The translations under genes were made by a program, and so were the position numbers. The notes beneath the pieces are model-generated. The model was not told the origin of the DNA. It was given only the letters and a program-made list of their open reading frames with translations, and searched no databases. From Thermodesulfobacteriota bacterium (GTDB taxonomy: Bacteria; Desulfobacterota; BSN033; UBA1163), in contig JAPVTA010000262.1 of NCBI GenBank assembly GCA_047519465.1, positions 11,220 through 75,219 on the forward strand: 64,000 nucleotides of DNA. Reading direction: 5' to 3'. Of this stretch, positions 28,267-38,170 are shown in pieces (positions within the stretch are counted from its first letter, which is position 1; every line of letters starts with the position of its first letter).

Positions 28267-28972
28267 AGGAAAAGAGGTAAGAAAGTATTTTGGTGGGTTG
28301 GCCGCGGTGGACCGCGTTGACTTTTCAATCAACCGGGGCGAGATCGTAGGTTTAATCGGCCCCAACGGTGCCGGTAAAACGACCCTTTTTAACTTGATTT
28401 CAGGTTCTCTGGCCCCCACGTCTGGAATGATCAGATTCAAAAATGAAAACATTACCGGCTTGAAGCCTCATCGGATTTGTAAGAGAGGAATCGCAAGGAC
28501 TTTTCAACTCGTCAAACTCTTCGGCGAAATGACGGCCCTTGAGAATTCAATGCTCGGATTTCTATTCGGGACCAGAACAGGAGCAGACGAGTCAGAGGTG
28601 AAGGAAGCATCCTTGGAGCTATTAGACTTTGTGGGATTGTCGACCATGGAAAAAGTGCTGGGCAAAGAATTAACCGTTGCCAATCAAAAGCGCCTCGAGA
28701 TGGCCAGAGCCCTGGCGACCAAACCGGAACTGTTATTGCTCGACGAGGTGATGGCGGGTTTAACCCCAGCGGAGGTAGCCCAGGCGACCGAGTTAATTCG
28801 AAAGATAAGGGACAAGGGAATTACGATTTTTATGATCGAACATGTGATGAAGGCGATGATGGATGTTTCTGATCGAATCATCGTCCTCCATTATGGCGAA
28901 AAGATTGCAGAAGGTACCCCGAAGGAGATTGCCGCAAATTCGAAGGTGATCGAAGTATACTTGGGGGTGTAG
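28253..28972 (+). CDS. ABC transporter ATP-binding protein (LivG-like)
   Basis: Walker A GPNGAGKTT, signature and Walker B LLLDEVMAG. Confidence 0.9.
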   Translation: MPILEGKEVRKYFGGLAAVDRVDFSINRGEIVGLIGPNGAGKTTLFNLISGSLAPTSGMIRFKNENITGLKPHRICKRGIARTFQLVKLFGEMTALENSMLGFLFGTRTGADESEVKEASLELLDFVGLSTMEKVLGKELTVANQKRLEMARALATKPELLLLDEVMAGLTPAEVAQATELIRKIRDKGITIFMIEHVMKAMMDVSDRIIVLHYGEKIAEGTPKEIAANSKVIEVYLGV

Positions 28973-28977
28973 GTCCT

Positions 28978-29682
28978 ATGCTGAAGGTCAACAACCTGAA
29001 AACTTTTTACGGAAAGGTTGCGGTCTTGTGGGAAGTTTCCCTAAGGGTGAACGAGAGAGAGATCGTAGCCTTGGTCGGTTCGAACGGAGCTGGGAAGACG
29101 ACGATGTTGAATACCATTTCCGGCTTATTGCATCCCGCTTCCGGTACTCTGGAGTTCCTCGGAACAAGAATAGAAGGGATGTCTCCCCACCGGATCGTTC
29201 AACTCGGCATTTCTCACGTGCCGGAAGGAGGCAAACCCTTCCCGGAGATGACCGTGCATGAGAACTTGGAAATGGGGGCCTATGTTTCCGAAGCATGGAA
29301 AAGCAAGAAGGAAATGCTTGATCGCGTTTATCGAACTTTTCCCAGGCTGAAAGCAAGGGCAGGCCAGCTGGCCAGGACATTAAGCGGTGGGGAGCGACAA
29401 ATGTTGGCGATGGGACGAAGTCTGATGTCAAGGTCAAGACTGTGCATGTTTGACGAGCCATCATACGGCCTTGCTCCGTTATTGGTAAGGGAACTTTTTG
29501 ATATCATCAAGAGGCTATGCGAGCAGGGAATAACCATCTTGCTGGTCGAGCAAAACATTCGACATGCTTTGGAAGTTGCTGACCGGGGCTACGTTTTGGA
29601 GAACGGTCGAATCGTTCTCGAAGGAGAGAGCAAATGGCTTCTCCAAAACGATCATGTCAAGAAAGCCTATTTAGGTTTATAA
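28978..29682 (+). CDS. ABC transporter ATP-binding protein (LivF-like)
   Basis: Walker A GSNGAGKTT, LSGGERQ signature. Confidence 0.9.
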   Translation: MLKVNNLKTFYGKVAVLWEVSLRVNEREIVALVGSNGAGKTTMLNTISGLLHPASGTLEFLGTRIEGMSPHRIVQLGISHVPEGGKPFPEMTVHENLEMGAYVSEAWKSKKEMLDRVYRTFPRLKARAGQLARTLSGGERQMLAMGRSLMSRSRLCMFDEPSYGLAPLLVRELFDIIKRLCEQGITILLVEQNIRHALEVADRGYVLENGRIVLEGESKWLLQNDHVKKAYLGL

Positions 29683-29740
29683 TGGGTCAGTATGTCCAAG
29701 ACGAATTCATAATGACCTTCAGAAGGGAGAATGTCGCCAG

Positions 29741-31498
29741 ATGAACAAGATCGATTTTATCGATCAAACCTTACGAGACGCGCAACAGAGTCTCTGGGGT
29801 TATATGATGAGAACGGACCATATGACCCCGATTGCGGAAACGATGGATAAAGTTGGTTACCGAGCCATTGCGACGGTAGGCTCTCAGGCATTTACGGTCC
29901 AGGTTCGCAATCTCAATGAAGATCCCTGGGAGAGGATCAGGGTCCTTTCCAAGCTCATTACAAAAACCCCTCTTCGCGGGTCCTACCAGATCGGGAGCCT
30001 TTCATCCTTCGACCTCAGTACCCCGCGTGATATCATCACCCTCTGGATAAAACGATCGGTTGCCAATGGGATAAAAAGCTTCTGGATTTGCGATTACCAG
30101 TACGATATGGAGAAATTCATTTCCTTCGCGCGTATAGCCAAGGCTGAGGGAGGAGAGGTCGTACCGGCCTTGATGTATACCTCCAGCCCCGCCCATACGA
30201 ATGAGCACTGGGCGCAAAAGACCCAACGGTTGCTTGAAGCGAAAGATTACATTGATCGGATTATGATAGAGGATGCATCAGGAATTATCACGCCGGAAGG
30301 CACCCGGGAACTCGTATCCACCGTTCAGAAGAACTGCGAGGGACTACCCATCGAGTTTCACTCCCACTGCAATTCAGGACTTGCTCCTCTGTGTTATCTG
30401 GAAGCCATTCAATTAGGTGTCACAACCCTCCATACGGCAGTCGCACCTCTCGCCAATGGCACATCCCTGCCGGCCACGGAAACGGTCTTAAGGAATACCA
30501 GGCGTCTGGGCTTTTCGTCGGATCTGAATGAGGATGCGCTCGCAGCCGTGTCATCCTATTTTAGAAAGATTGCCGAACAGGAGGGGCTGCTAATCGGCGT
30601 TCCGATGGAATATGACCTCTTCCATTTTGAACATCAGGTTCCTGGCGGAATGATGACAAACCTGACCCGCCAGCTCAGGGAAGTGGGGATGGAACATCGT
30701 CTGGATGAGATCCTGGAGGAGGTTGTTCTGGTCCGCAAGGAGTTCGGGTATCCGGTGATGGCAACCCCCTATTCACAGATCGTAGGGGCCCAGGCCGTGG
30801 AGAACCTCGTTTCGGGTGAGCGGTACAAACAGGTAACGGATGAAGCGATCAAGTATGTTCTGGGGTATTATGGAGAGCCAGTTGCTCCGATAGATCAGAA
30901 CATCATGGACAGGGTCATGAGCTTGCCCAGGACCAAAGAATTTCTCAATTGGAAGCCTCAGGGATACGATAAATCCGTTGAAGAGATCCGTCGGGAAATC
31001 GGCCCGGAACTCTCCGATGATGATCTCTTGCTCAAAATCCTGATACCGGGAAAACCCGTGAAACGCGGCGAGCCTAAGAAGACGGTAGCGGCGCCATTAG
31101 TCAAAGCGACGGTTCCTGTTAGCCCTTCCGCTGAATTTCCTACCGAATTTATCGTAGATGTGGACGGAGAAGTATTCAACGTTAAGATCTCGCCCGTATG
31201 GGATGGGAACGGGAATAGGGAAACGACCATGCAGGCCGAGACATTACAGATACCAAAGGCAGCGAAGAAGCCCAAGGAATTACCTGCTGGGGCTGTGCCT
31301 TGCGGGATGGCTGGGCTAATACTTTCGATTGAAGCAAAGGTGGGAGACAGTGTGAAGGCAGGCGATCTCTTGGCAATGATCGAGGCCATGAAAATGAGGA
31401 GACGTGTCAACTCACCCCATAGCGGAGTGATCAAAGAGATTTTTGCCCGTGAAGGCGAGATGGTCAACCCTGAAGACATCTTGATGGTGGTGGGATGA
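29741..31498 (+). CDS. biotin-dependent carboxyltransferase subunit with C-terminal biotinyl (BCCP) domain (pyruvate/2-oxoglutarate carboxylase subunit B / OadA-like)
   Basis: 585 aa; HMGL-like carboxyltransferase TIM barrel N-terminus; C-terminal EAMKM biotin attachment motif. Confidence 0.8.
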   Translation: MNKIDFIDQTLRDAQQSLWGYMMRTDHMTPIAETMDKVGYRAIATVGSQAFTVQVRNLNEDPWERIRVLSKLITKTPLRGSYQIGSLSSFDLSTPRDIITLWIKRSVANGIKSFWICDYQYDMEKFISFARIAKAEGGEVVPALMYTSSPAHTNEHWAQKTQRLLEAKDYIDRIMIEDASGIITPEGTRELVSTVQKNCEGLPIEFHSHCNSGLAPLCYLEAIQLGVTTLHTAVAPLANGTSLPATETVLRNTRRLGFSSDLNEDALAAVSSYFRKIAEQEGLLIGVPMEYDLFHFEHQVPGGMMTNLTRQLREVGMEHRLDEILEEVVLVRKEFGYPVMATPYSQIVGAQAVENLVSGERYKQVTDEAIKYVLGYYGEPVAPIDQNIMDRVMSLPRTKEFLNWKPQGYDKSVEEIRREIGPELSDDDLLLKILIPGKPVKRGEPKKTVAAPLVKATVPVSPSAEFPTEFIVDVDGEVFNVKISPVWDGNGNRETTMQAETLQIPKAAKKPKELPAGAVPCGMAGLILSIEAKVGDSVKAGDLLAMIEAMKMRRRVNSPHSGVIKEIFAREGEMVNPEDILMVVG

Positions 31499-32979
31499 TG
31501 ATCAATAAGATTCTCATAGCCAATCGGGGTGAAATAGCCATCCGGATTATGCGAGCTTGCCGCGAGATGGGCATTGCTTCCGTGGCCGTCTATTCTGAAG
31601 CGGACAAGGAGGCACTATTTGCCAAGTATGCAGATGAAGCCTACTGCATCGGACCTCCACCAGCCGCCGTGAGCTATCTCGACATCCAAAAATTGATTCA
31701 AGTAGCAAAGGAAAGCGGGGCCGACGCTATCCATCCTGGTTACGGCTTCCTTGCTGAGAATCCGAAATTTGCCCGAGCCTGTGAAGAAGAAGGCGTAAAG
31801 TTCATCGGACCTTCGAGTAGGGTCCTTGAACTGGTGGGCGATAAAGTAGGTGCACGCCGGGAGATGGTAAAAGCGAGTATCCCTGTTGTTCCGGGCGCAG
31901 ATGAATGTGTGGCCGATCTTAAACAAGCAAGAGCAATTGCCAAAAAGATTGAATATCCTGTGATCATCAAACCTTCCGGCGGTGGAGGGGGGATCGGGAT
32001 GACCATTGTTGCTAATGAAGGGGAGTTGGCGAAGGCGCTGGAGTCCACGCAGGCAATCGCCAAGACCACCTTCGGTCTGCGTGATGTCTACATCGAAAAA
32101 TACTTATCCAACCCCCGTCATATCGAGTTTCAGATATTGGGAGATTCAGAGGGGAATGTCATCCACTTAGGGGAACGAGAATGCTCTATCCAACGAAGAT
32201 ACCAGAAGTTGATCGAGGAGTCTCCCTCGCCCGTGGTGACTCCTGCGATCCGCACCAAAATGGGATCGCTGGCCGCGAATGCCGCTAAATTTGTGGGTTA
32301 TGAAGGGGCAGGAACGGTAGAATTCCTTTTCTCGGATGGAAACTTCTACTTCCTCGAAGTAAATGCTCGAGTTCAAGTAGAGCACCCGGTGACAGAGATG
32401 GTGACAGGAGTGGATATTGTGAAAGAACAGATACAGATCGCCTCAGGACTTCCCCTCAGTATCAAACAAAAAGAAGTCCGGGTGAACGGTTGGGCCATTG
32501 AATGCCGAATCAACGCCGAGGACCCTTTCAACGATTTTGTCCCCTCACCCGGTAAACTCAGGGGTTATCATCCCCCGGGAGGGAACGGAATTCGGGTGGA
32601 TAGCGGCGTGTACACCCATTACACGATCCCCCCTTTCTACGACCCGATGATATCGAAACTCATCGTGTGGGGCAGGAGCCGCAACGAAGCGATCGTCAGA
32701 ATGCGGCGGGCCCTGTTCGAATACATCATCGTCGGAATCAAAAACAATATTCCATTCCATAAAGCCGTCATGGAAAACCCACGCTTTGTAAAGGGTGAAC
32801 TTGGAACTCATTTTATCGATAGAGAAGCCACCCTGCTCGATGATATGCGACAGATAATGGAGCGGGAGAAACCGTTGGAGGAAAAACTCTCACATCTATT
32901 TGAAGAGAAAAAGAGAATAGCGGCTATTGCTGCTGTGGCAGCGTTATCCCAGATGTATCATCACGGACAGACAGGGTAA
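31495..32979 (+). CDS. biotin carboxylase subunit (pyruvate carboxylase subunit A / AccC-like)
   Basis: 494 aa; ATP-grasp biotin carboxylase motifs; start overlaps upstream stop (ATGATGA). Confidence 0.9.
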   Translation: MMINKILIANRGEIAIRIMRACREMGIASVAVYSEADKEALFAKYADEAYCIGPPPAAVSYLDIQKLIQVAKESGADAIHPGYGFLAENPKFARACEEEGVKFIGPSSRVLELVGDKVGARREMVKASIPVVPGADECVADLKQARAIAKKIEYPVIIKPSGGGGGIGMTIVANEGELAKALESTQAIAKTTFGLRDVYIEKYLSNPRHIEFQILGDSEGNVIHLGERECSIQRRYQKLIEESPSPVVTPAIRTKMGSLAANAAKFVGYEGAGTVEFLFSDGNFYFLEVNARVQVEHPVTEMVTGVDIVKEQIQIASGLPLSIKQKEVRVNGWAIECRINAEDPFNDFVPSPGKLRGYHPPGGNGIRVDSGVYTHYTIPPFYDPMISKLIVWGRSRNEAIVRMRRALFEYIIVGIKNNIPFHKAVMENPRFVKGELGTHFIDREATLLDDMRQIMEREKPLEEKLSHLFEEKKRIAAIAAVAALSQMYHHGQTG

Positions 32980-32989
32980 TAACGAAGAT

Positions 32990-33070
32990 CATGGAGAAGA
33001 CAATCGTCATCCTGGGAACGCTGGATACCAAGGGTGACCACCCCCACCTGCTGAAGAAGACGAATCTTTA
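32990..33070 (+). pseudogene. N-terminal fragment of a UPF0261 (Tm-1-like) gene
   Basis: Encodes MEKTIVILGTLDTKGDHPHLL…*, paralogous to N-terminus of the intact UPF0261 at 33643 (MAHRKCIVLVGTLDTKGEEVGYL). Confidence 0.35.
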
Positions 33071-33098
33071 AGGAGGCACATAGATCGAGGAAAAGTAC

Positions 33099-33460
33099 TT
33101 GAATGAACGTGTGGAGACCATGTCTTTGTCCGAGCTTCGAGCGATACAGGAGCAGAAGTTTTTCAAGCAGCTGGATTATGTGCGGCAATGGTCCGCCTTT
33201 TATCAGGATAAGTTTCGGAGGCATGGCGTCGAGAGGGGTGACATAGCGACGCTGAGCGATCTTTCGAAGCTTCCGTTTACCGAAAAGGACGAGCTGAGGA
33301 AAAGCCAGGGAGAACCCCCCGTTTTGGCAACCACGTGGTAGCACCCCTTGAGGATATTATCAGACTTCATTCCTCTTCCGGCACAACAGGGGTACCAACA
33401 TTCATCGGAAATTTGCCGCTCCCGCCTACGTTGAATTGGGGAAAGCACTATTAGAGGGTT
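33099..33460 (+). pseudogene. frameshifted, truncated phenylacetate-CoA ligase (PaaK family) N-terminal remnant
   Basis: 33099-33341 encodes PaaK-like N-terminus (…TLSDLSKLPFTEKDELRKS…), then +1 frame gives …APLEDIIRLHSSSGTTGVPTFIG… (PaaK P-loop) before stop at ~33460. Confidence 0.55.
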
Positions 33461-33642
33461 CCGAACCGTAACGCATTCCGAGGTTCTCTGAGGAGATGGA
33501 AGATTTTTCATGAAGAGGGTTATACCTCGAAACATCGTATGACAAAAAATCCGGGATAAACTTGAAAGAGGAAGAACAGAGTTGTCACCTCTCTGAGAAA
33601 AGCTAATTTCTGCCAGGTCAAATTACATAGAGGGAGGAGAGA

Positions 33643-34881
33643 ATGGCGCATAGGAAATGCATCGTCCTTGTCGGTACCCTTGACACCAAAGGAGAAGAGG
33701 TCGGCTATCTAAGAGACCTCATACTTAAGCGAGGACACCAGCCTCTGATCATTGACATCGGCGCCGGGGGAAAGGCAAGACTAGATGCGGACATTACTGC
33801 TAACGAAGTGGCCCGAGCTGCCGGTACAGAGTTAGAAAAGCTATGGGGTTCCCGGGAAAGGCAGAAAGTGACCGAGGCGATGATTAAGGGGGCAGTAGCA
33901 AAACTGGTTGCTCTTTGCCGGACAGGTAAAGTGGAAGGGATGATTTCCATCGGCGGCATGACGAGCACGGTGATGGCCTCCAGCATCATGAGAGAGATGC
34001 CTTATAGCATTCCCAAACTGGTTGTCTCCAGTGCAGCCTCGATGCCGGGCTCCAACCGCTTCTTCGGTCCTACAGGGATAACCATGATGCATTCCCTGGT
34101 GGACGTTGGTGGCCTCAACAGCCTGCTCAAAGCTCAATTAAGCCGAGCGGCTGGGGCCATCTGCGGCATGGTGGAAGGCGAGATTTCTCAACCCGGTCTT
34201 GAGGTACGCAGGCCGATGGTCGCCATGTCTGTCTATGGATATGTTGAAAACTGTGCGCGGTACATCAGCGAGGCACTGACAGGGAAGTGGGAGCTTATCC
34301 GGTTCCATGCTACAGGCATACCTGAGATAACCATGGAGAAGCTCATCGAAGAAGGCTTCTTCTGCGGTGTCATTGACCTGGTACCTTCTAGCATCACTAA
34401 CGAGAAATTCGGCGGCTCTCGAAGCTCCTGGCCAAGAAGGTTGGAGGTGGCCGGCGAAAAGGGTATTCCGCAGGTAGTGGCTCCAGCGGGGGTGAACACC
34501 ATTTCCCGGGTTGGACTTACTGCTGAAGAATTAGCTCCTGAGCTCAAGATACGTAAACATTTTTTTATGGAAGCACTACGGGTTACCGTGTGGCTAAATG
34601 CCGAGGAACTAGTGAACATGGCCTCGATCTACGCTGAGAAACTCAATAAGGCAGTGGGGCCGACTAAGTTCCTCATCCCCAAACGAGGCTGGCTTTCCAT
34701 TGAAAAAGAAGGGAGCACCTTCTATGATCCGCAGAGTCTTCAGGCCTTTGTTGACAGGCTTAAAGAGAGGCTGAAAGACGGTATTGAAGTAAGGGAGGTG
34801 GACGCCAATATCGATGACCCGATTTTTGCCCGGGCGATCGTTAATGCATTCGAGGAAGTGATAAAACTGGGGAATAGATAA
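33643..34881 (+). CDS. UPF0261 family protein (Tm-1-like)
   Basis: 412 aa; characteristic N-terminus IVLVGTLDTKGEE…. Confidence 0.8.
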   Translation: MAHRKCIVLVGTLDTKGEEVGYLRDLILKRGHQPLIIDIGAGGKARLDADITANEVARAAGTELEKLWGSRERQKVTEAMIKGAVAKLVALCRTGKVEGMISIGGMTSTVMASSIMREMPYSIPKLVVSSAASMPGSNRFFGPTGITMMHSLVDVGGLNSLLKAQLSRAAGAICGMVEGEISQPGLEVRRPMVAMSVYGYVENCARYISEALTGKWELIRFHATGIPEITMEKLIEEGFFCGVIDLVPSSITNEKFGGSRSSWPRRLEVAGEKGIPQVVAPAGVNTISRVGLTAEELAPELKIRKHFFMEALRVTVWLNAEELVNMASIYAEKLNKAVGPTKFLIPKRGWLSIEKEGSTFYDPQSLQAFVDRLKERLKDGIEVREVDANIDDPIFARAIVNAFEEVIKLGNR

Positions 34882-34987
34882 AACAAGCGGGGCCCGCCGG
34901 GATATTCATCTATGTTGGGATGCCAGGCGCGGCTGCAACGTTTGGACTGAGAAAAAAATAGAAGGGAGATAGAGACAGGAGATCGTT

Positions 34988-35083
34988 ATGTCCGTCCTTT
35001 ACGAAAAAGAGAGTAGAATTGTGACCATTACGCTCAATCGGCCCGAGATGCTGAATCGCATTGATGTGCGCCCAGAGGCCTAG
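34988..35083 (+). pseudogene. N-terminal fragment of an enoyl-CoA hydratase (crotonase family)
   Basis: Encodes MSVLYEKESRIVTITLNRPEMLNRIDVRPEA*, the crotonase N-terminal signature, then stops. Confidence 0.35.
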
Positions 35084-35318
35084 CCTCGCAGTTCACTATC
35101 ATGGCTCGGCACATGAAATGATCTACATCTATAAAGGTGTAGGAGAACTGTATATCAATGGAGAGTGGGTAAAAGTATATCCTGGTGAGATTCATTTCTG
35201 CTCGCGAGGATACATCCACGGCATTCATCCGGCGGGTGATAGCGAGTTCAACATTTTTGCTGTTTTCACTCCGCCACAAGCGGGTGGTAGCGACAGAATA
35301 TTCGTAGATTTAAAGTAA
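35061..35318 (+). CDS. cupin-domain protein (possibly 5'-truncated)
   Basis: 85 aa; cupin motifs HYHGSAHEMIYIYKG…GEIHFCSRGYIHG. Confidence 0.45.
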   Translation: MMCAQRPSLAVHYHGSAHEMIYIYKGVGELYINGEWVKVYPGEIHFCSRGYIHGIHPAGDSEFNIFAVFTPPQAGGSDRIFVDLK

Positions 35319-35328
35319 GTAGATTTCT

Positions 35329-35398
35329 AATCAGCCCGAAGGGCAGAGTTGCACGGGCGTGGGCGCTTGCACACGGCCAACTCTCGTCGGGCTGATTA
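35329..35398 (+). terminator. long imperfect hairpin downstream of cupin ORF
   Basis: AATCAGCCCGAAGGGCAGAGTTG … CAACTCTCGTCGGGCTGATT arms around an internally palindromic GC loop. Confidence 0.35.
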
Positions 35399-35627
35399 TC
35401 GACTAAATTTTAAAGTCAAAAATCTCAATGATGCTGACTTTAGGGCGGCTGGTTCCTTCCCGTCCGGAATAAGTCTCCGATGGGTTACAATTAACCCTTG
35501 AGATTCTGGAAAAATTCGGTTACGGAAAAGATTCATGGTGGAAAGTGTTTAAACCATAGACATCGTGAATCGTGTCTCGTGACCGCACTTCACGGACACG
35601 AAGCACCTCATCTGAAAGAAGAAGGAG

Positions 35628-35813
35628 ATGCCAACCGTACAAATCAGTTTGCTTCCGGGGAGAACTCCGGAGAAGAAAGAAGAGCTCATCAAGAACGTCA
35701 CCCAAGCCATCGCCGATACGCTTCAGATTCCAAAAGACCGAGTTCATATCCTCCTCTACGAACTTCCAAAAGAGAATATAGCACATGGGGGCGTCCCGCT
35801 TTCGAAAAAATAG
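35628..35813 (+). CDS. 4-oxalocrotonate tautomerase family protein
   Basis: 61 aa; N-terminal Pro-1 (MPTVQISL), typical tautomerase length. Confidence 0.8.
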   Translation: MPTVQISLLPGRTPEKKEELIKNVTQAIADTLQIPKDRVHILLYELPKENIAHGGVPLSKK

Positions 35814-36010
35814 GGACACATCCCTCTAATCGTTAACCTCAAAGATTGTCTCAGGGTGAAGAATAGTAGGTGTTGTCGGCAAAAAAAAGAAAATCAATAT
35901 TCAGTTGTCAAAGAACAAGGTAGGGTCATCCGGTTCTGCCTTTATTGTTTCCGAAGAGTAATTCCTGAAATGTTGTTTTTCGATTTCTACTCTTCTATGC
36001 AACCGAAAAT

Positions 36011-36230
36011 CAGCGATAGGAGCAAAATTTCATGAGAAATTTTTTCCTTGACAGTCAACCTATTTAAGAGTATTTTCCAATCATTAGTTCCCACCTGTCT
36101 CTAATCAACCTCATAACCTAAGTTCTAACCTTGTGGGGTGGAGTATGGGGAATTGTCAGAAGATGCCCACACGATAGGCCCCAAGGGAGTTCAATATCCT
36201 CTTGGTGCTCCTTTCTTCGCCCTTCGGACG
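36011..36230 (+). promoter_or_regulatory. conserved promoter-leader element A (TTGACAGTCAA -35 palindrome, -10 TATTTT, leader with 11-codon uORF)
   Basis: -35 36048-36053, 17-nt spacer, -10 36071-36076; about 85% identical over about 100 nt to element B (43797-43912); leader shares blocks and uORF (36145-36177, MGNCQKMPTR) with element C. Confidence 0.55.
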
Positions 36231-36280
36231 CTGGAATTTATAATTGCTGTTAAACGATAATCAGTAAAAAGGAGGTTTAT

Positions 36281-36728
36281 ATGAAAGAGGAAGGCTCTAC
36301 CAAAGCGATCCCTCTCATCGGAGTGTGGAAACTTATCTCCTTTGAAGTCCGCAGAGAAGGTGAAGAACCCTCTTTCCCTTTTGGGAGAGATGCAGGGATT
36401 GTTGATTTATGCGGATGTTGGTCGTTTCTCCGCTCAGTTGATGCGCTCCAATCGACCTAAATTTATTTCCGGTGATCAATTAAAGGGAACCGTTGAGGAG
36501 ATAAATGAGTGTTTTAAGGGATGCATTTCCTATTTCGGAAGGTACGAATTCGATCCAAATGGCGGATTCGTTATTCATCATATTGAAAGTTCTCTATTCC
36601 CAAATTGGGAAGGAACACAAAAGCGATTTGTGGAGATGTCCGATAAACGGATTAGTGTGACTACTCCACCTTTAGAGTGGGGCGGGAAAGGAATTGCGAT
36701 TGGTGCTATGATTTGGGAACGTGTATAG
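36281..36728 (+). CDS. lipocalin-like domain protein, apparently frameshifted (possible pseudogene or sequencing error)
   Basis: Frame from 36281 gives LIGVWKLISFEV…SFPFGRDA then stops; downstream frame (ORF 36342-36728) continues GLLIYADVGRFSAQLM…; shift near 36385. Confidence 0.4.
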
Positions 36729-36864
36729 GTTGGAGTTTTCACTAAAGCCTTCATAATGGACTGAAGATCGAAACCCCGCTTCTCAAAAAGAAAGCGAAGT
36801 TTTCTGTTTTGGATGGAGGTCATTATTGGGGGTATGATTATTCCTAAGCATGAAGGAGGTAATC

Positions 36865-37896
36865 ATGGAAGAGATAAGCGGAAAGACGCAGATGGCAAAG
36901 ATCCGATCCTTCGAAAAAGGTTTTATAGGTATCCATCTTATCAACATTGGCGCCGAACTCGGAATATTTGAAGCGCTCAATAAGGAAAAAGATGGGCTAA
37001 CCGTATCGGACCTGGCTGTAAAGCTCAACCTTCACGAACCTTACCTGAAGATCTGGTGCCAGACTGCCTATCATTACGAAATTCTCGACGCCGATAAGCA
37101 GGGTCGGTTTAGACTTCAGCCTTTTCTTGATGAGATTCTGGGAGACAGAACTCATTTCAGAAACTACCTGGCCAACGTTTCTTTTGATGTCAAAGTCATA
37201 GGAGAAGGCTTTCCGATGGCAATTGAATTATTTCGAACGGGCGGGTACGCGGAAAGCTATAATTCGCCTGAGTTTTCCAAGAGGGCTTACGAACCAACAA
37301 AAAATATATACATGGCTTTTCTTTATATGATTCTCCCGAAAGCCGAGCATTTGAAACAAAGCCTCGAACAAGGAATCCGGTTCTTGGATATCGGCTGCGG
37401 CAATGGTAATTTGATTATCCAATTGGCCCAAGTTTTTGGGAACAGTACATTTGTTGGTGTGAATCCCGATGTGCACGGTATTCAATCAGCCAGATCGACC
37501 ATTTCTCGATTGGGCCTGGGGAACCGTGTGACCGTCGAACAGATGGGAGGGGAAGCGATGTCCTACAAAGACGAATTCGACATGGCGAGTATGGTGGTGA
37601 CACTTCATGAAATCCGACCGGCCGTACGAGAGGAAGTTGTTAAGAAAGCATATCATGCACTAAAAAGGGATGGGCGCCTCCTCATTCTCGACTTTCCTTA
37701 TCCCAGCAAATTGGAGGATTTTAGAAACCCGATATTCGACTTCGCCATAATAGATCAGTTCTGCGAATGTTTCGGAGGATTTATCCACCTCGACAATGAG
37801 CAGCAGAATGAAGTCATCTTGAATGCCGGATTTACAAATATCCAGCGCATGCCCATCGGCAAGGGGATGTTCGATTTCATCACGGCTATAAAATGA
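36865..37896 (+). CDS. class I SAM-dependent methyltransferase
   Basis: SAM-binding motif LDIGCGNGNL; AAGGAGG RBS before ATG 36865. Confidence 0.75.
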   Translation: MEEISGKTQMAKIRSFEKGFIGIHLINIGAELGIFEALNKEKDGLTVSDLAVKLNLHEPYLKIWCQTAYHYEILDADKQGRFRLQPFLDEILGDRTHFRNYLANVSFDVKVIGEGFPMAIELFRTGGYAESYNSPEFSKRAYEPTKNIYMAFLYMILPKAEHLKQSLEQGIRFLDIGCGNGNLIIQLAQVFGNSTFVGVNPDVHGIQSARSTISRLGLGNRVTVEQMGGEAMSYKDEFDMASMVVTLHEIRPAVREEVVKKAYHALKRDGRLLILDFPYPSKLEDFRNPIFDFAIIDQFCECFGGFIHLDNEQQNEVILNAGFTNIQRMPIGKGMFDFITAIK

Positions 37897-38170
37897 GGGA
37901 ACGAGGTCTTCAGGAGGCTCCTTGAGCCAAAGAAAAGATCATGGAAGGGGTGGTGCGGATGCGGTACATAGTTCACGAGTTGTTACTCTCTATTCGCTCC
38001 GCAATACTGAGTTTAAATGAATCCCCTTCACTGAACCGTTTCAGGTGCACTTCGCAAGCTCTTTTTTTGTGGACTGCTTCCTGAAGTCCTCAAGGCGCGT
38101 GCTTAGGCGGCTATGGCAGATTTCAGGTGATAATCCACAAAAAGATAATTTTCACAAAGCCTTTTTTTGA

